Below the pieces are notes generated by a model. The model had not been told where the DNA came from, did not search any database, and worked only from the letters and a program-made list of their open reading frames with translations. A stretch of DNA of 64,000 nucleotides, from the NCBI RefSeq assembly GCF_963921235.1, contig NC_086097.1, positions 147,376,001 to 147,440,000 on the forward strand. The letters run 5' to 3'. Below are positions 60,305 to 64,000 of the stretch, piece after piece. Positions within the stretch are counted from its first letter, which is position 1. Each line of letters starts with the position of its first letter. Made by a program: the position numbers and the translations under genes. The stretch comes from Mobula hypostoma (taxonomy: Eukaryota).

Positions 60305-61539
60305 TCTCAAAGGCTCTTCACACGGTTTTAGACCACCTGGACAACACACTTATGTCAGGATGTTGTTCATCGACTATAGCTCAGTATTTAATACTATCAT
60401 CCCCACAATCCTGATTGAGAAATTGCAGAACCATGGCCTCTGTAGCTCCCTCTGCGACTGGATCCTCGACTTCCTAACCGGAAGACCACAATCTGAGCGG
60501 ATTGGTGATAACACCTCCTCCTCGCTGATAATCAACATTGGTGCACATTAAGGGTGTGTGCTTAGCCCACTGCTCTTCTCTCTATATACCCACGACTGTA
60601 TGAGTCGGCATAGCTCAAACACCATCTATAAATTTGCTGATAATACAACAATTGTTGGTAGAATCTCAGATGGAGACGAGAGGGTGTACAGGAGCAAGAT
60701 ATGCTAACTAGCGGAGTGGTGTCACAGCAACAAACTGGCACTCAACATCAGTAAGATGAAAGAGATGATAGTGGACTTCAGGAAGGATAAGACAAAGGAA
60801 CACATACCAATCTTCATAGAGAGAACAGAAGTGGAGAGAGTGAGCAGTTTCAAGTTCCTGTGTGTCAAGATCTCTGAGGATCTAATATGTCCCAACATAT
60901 TGATGCAGTTATAAAGAAGCCAAGACAGTGGCTATACTTCATTAGGAGTTTGAAGAGATCTGGTATGTCAAGAAATACACTCAAAAACATCTATAGATGT
61001 ACCGTGGAGAGCATTCTGACAGGCTGCATCATTGGGGGGGGGGGGCACTGCTGCACAGGACTGAAAGAATCTGCAGAGGATCGTAAATTTAGTCGGCTCC
61101 ATTTTGGGTATTAGCCTACAAAGTACCCAGGACATCTTCAATGAGCGGTGTCTCTGAAAGGCAACGTTCATTATTAAGGACATCCAGCACCCAGGACGTG
61201 TTGTTTTCTCACTGTTACCATCAGGTAGGAGGTACAGAAGCCTGAAGGCACACACTCAGTGATTCAGGAACAGCTTCTTCCCTTCTGCCATCCAATTCCT
61301 AAATGGACATTGAACTTTTGGACACTACCTCACTTTTTTAATATATATTATTTCTGTTTTTTGCACTATTTTTAATCTATTCAATATACATATACTGTAA
61401 TTGATTTATTTATTTATTTATTATTATTATTTTATTTTGTGTTTTTTTATTCTTTTGTATTATGTACTGCATTGAACTGTTGCTGCTTAATTAAGAAATT
61501 GCACGACACGTGCCAATGATAATAAACCTGATTCTGATT
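60305..61539 (+). mobile_element. Rex1/Babar-like LINE inserted antisense in the older copy
   Basis: [15 protein letters not shown] (60360), (ATTCTG)n tail, TSD CTGAAATGAT(G/A)AAA (60291-60304, 61540-61553). Confidence 0.9.
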
Positions 61540-62849
61540 CTGAAATGATAAAACCAAGGAATTTAAAGTACTGCCTCTCCACCTCTGATTTCCCCAATGA
61601 GAACTGGTTCATGGACCTCCGTTTTCCTCCTCCTGAAGTCAATAATCAGTTCCTTGGTCTTGCTAAGGTTGAATGAGAGATTGTTGTTGTGGCACCACTC
61701 AGTCAGATTTTCAAACTTCTCCTATCTGCTGAAATGTCACCATCTTTGATTCAGCCAGTGACTACAGTGTTCTCAGCAAATTTAGATATGGCATTGGAGT
61801 CACATGGTCATAAGTATAAAGTGAGTGGACCAGTGGGCTAAGCCCACAGCTTGTGGTACACCTGTGTTAATGGAGATTGTGGAGGAGATGCTGTTGCCAA
61901 TTCAAACTGACTGGGGTCTGCAAGTGAGGACACTGAAGATCTAGTTGCACAAGGAAATATTGCGGCCAAAGTCTTGAAGCTTATTGATTAGTTTTGAGGG
62001 GACGATGGTATTGAATGCCAAGGGATAGTCAATGAAGAGCATCCTGATGTATGTATCTTTGCTGTGCAGATATTCCAGGGATGAGTGAAGAGCCAATGGA
62101 ATTGCAGCTGCTGTTGACCTGTTGTGCCCATAGGCAAACTGGAGCGGATCCAAGTTACTTCTCAGGCAGGTTACTTCTCTGTTACATCACCAATTCCTCA
62201 AAGCACTTCATCACAGTGGATGTAAATGGTACTGGGTGATAGTCATTGAGGCAGATTACCAATGCTCTTCTTCGCCACCAGTATAAGTGAAGCTTGCTTG
62301 AAGCTGTTGGGTACCTCAGACTGCCAATGCAAGAGTTTGAAGATATGGATTACTACTTCAGCCAGTTGATCAGCACAGGTCTTTAGTAGTTGGCCAAGTA
62401 CCTGGTCTGGGCCAAATGCTTTCTGTGGGTTCACCACTCTGATGGATGCTTTCATGTTGGCTTCGGAGTCTGAATCACAGGGACATCGGGGTCTATTGGA
62501 GTCCATGAAGAGGCCTCCATGTCTTGACACTCAAAGGGAGCATAATAGGCATCGAACTCATCTGGGAGCGAAGCTTTATAGTCTCCCATGTCATTTTGTT
62601 TCACTTTGTAGGAGGTGAAAGTATTCAAGCTCTGCCACAGCTGTTGAGCATCCTGCAGTGATTCACGTTTGATCTGGAATTGTCACTTCACATGTAAAAT
62701 GGCTTTCTGGAGATCACACCTGGACCTCTTGTGCTTTATTTGGTTGCCAGACCTAGATGTCACTGATCTGGCTCTCAGCAGATTGCAGATCTCATGATTC
62801 ATCCGGGGCTTTTGGTTGGGGAAGATTCTGAATGATATTATGGGGACAC

Positions 62850-63105
62850 ACATTTTTTTAATATAGAGTATTTCTCTTTTTTGCACATTTTTAAAAATCT
62901 CTTCAATTTATTATTCAATTCTAATAATAAATAAACAAGTAATTGATTTACTTGTTTATTCATTATTATCACATTTTATTTATTAATTATTATTTTTTTC
63001 TCTCTCTGCTAGAATATGTGTTGCATCGACCTGCTGCTGCTAAGTTAACAAATTTCACGTCACATGCCAGTGATAATGAACCTGATTCTGATTCTGATTC
63101 TGATT
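62850..63105 (+). mobile_element. Rex1-like 3' UTR fragment
   Basis: Homologous to 61320-61540, ends in (CTGATT)n. Confidence 0.8.
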
Positions 63106-64000
63106 GTCTATGACTTTTTTTTTAACATCCGTGACAATATTGGTGCAATGGTTCAGATTCTCTGATGACTCCTTGAACATTGGTCCAGTCCACTGACTCC
63201 TTTGCCTCCCATGATTACCCCTTTGTTTTCCTTTTCTCTGGAGCGTTTCTCTTTAGCCTCTGCCTGTATGCAGGTAGGAGAAGGACAACCGAGTGCAAAA
63301 CGCTGTCCAGGTGTGGAACAGTAGGAATTCCTAATTGTAGTATAACTGTGGGAACCCTGATGCTTCAGGTGATATGTTGATGATAATTGGGCAAAGATTT
63401 CTTCAAGCAGGCCCGATGGAAATCCCCAATGATGACATGAAATGCTTTGGGTTAGGCTGTTTCTTGCTTGCTGATGGTGGCACTCTGTACATCGAGTGCC
63501 TGCTTAACAGTGGCCTTTGACAATATGTAAACTGTGGCTAGGATCATGAAGAACTTCCTTGGTAAGTAGAACAGTCAATCATTAGACGTTCCTGGTCAGG
63601 GGAATCAGACTGTGACAAGACTGTTGTATCCAAGCACTACAAAGAGTTTATCATGAAACACAAATCTCCACCTTTTGACTTCTCTGAATCAGCAGTATAG
63701 TCCATCCTATGTATCAAGAAGTGATTGTAGCCCCAATCCCCATTAAATGATTAAGATCTTTCTTTATCAATAGAAAGTGTTTTCCTCCACTAAATGTGCA
63801 GATCATTGTAGGTTCTGAGAAGATATGCCCACAAGAAAATGAATTTCAGCTTTGTATATAGTGACATATATGTACTTTGATAATAAATTTACTTTGAACT
63901 TTGAAGTCTTTGAAAGTGGTGAATTTTATATTCACTGGCAGCTCTCATTACCTCTTCATAAAGCAAACTGCTTGGGATTTTCTGTGGCAGTAGCACAAAC

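Larger units (their letters stand above)
58690..63720 (-). mobile_element. Long degraded Rex1/Babar-like LINE with three nested insertions
   Basis: 3' tail at 58690-58730. ORFs 59974-60201, 61941-62153 (DPLQFAY...MLFIDY), 62243-62530 (KAFGPD), 62683-62886 (FPNQKP). Confidence 0.85.

Overview
Vertebrate non-genic DNA (intron or intergenic) made almost entirely of nested transposable elements. The repeat families (CR1 with (CTATGTTT)n-type tails, Rex1/Babar, L1, RTE, Penelope with minimal hammerhead ribozymes, V- and Deu-type SINEs) point to a cartilaginous fish, probably a ray; this is an inference. I found no host protein-coding gene. Main elements are a deleted Tf1/sushi chromovirus (862-4745, -), a complete but mutated CsRn1-clade Ty3/Gypsy element (4961-9330), a near full-length RTE LINE carrying a young L1 inside a Mag-like LTR element, L1 and CR1 LINEs with nested insertions, hAT, Harbinger and Tc1-mariner derivatives, and a young Penelope copy with an open RT+GIY-YIG frame. 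The most unusual structure is at 12273-13282. There a Penelope-derived insertion has a hammerhead-ribozyme segment and ~100 bp of the adjacent target DNA repeated with a 327-bp period, ending in a 100-bp hairpin, a 36-nt tail and a 13-bp target duplication. It resembles a locally born retrozyme. All calls were made by eye, so boundaries of old elements are approximate.
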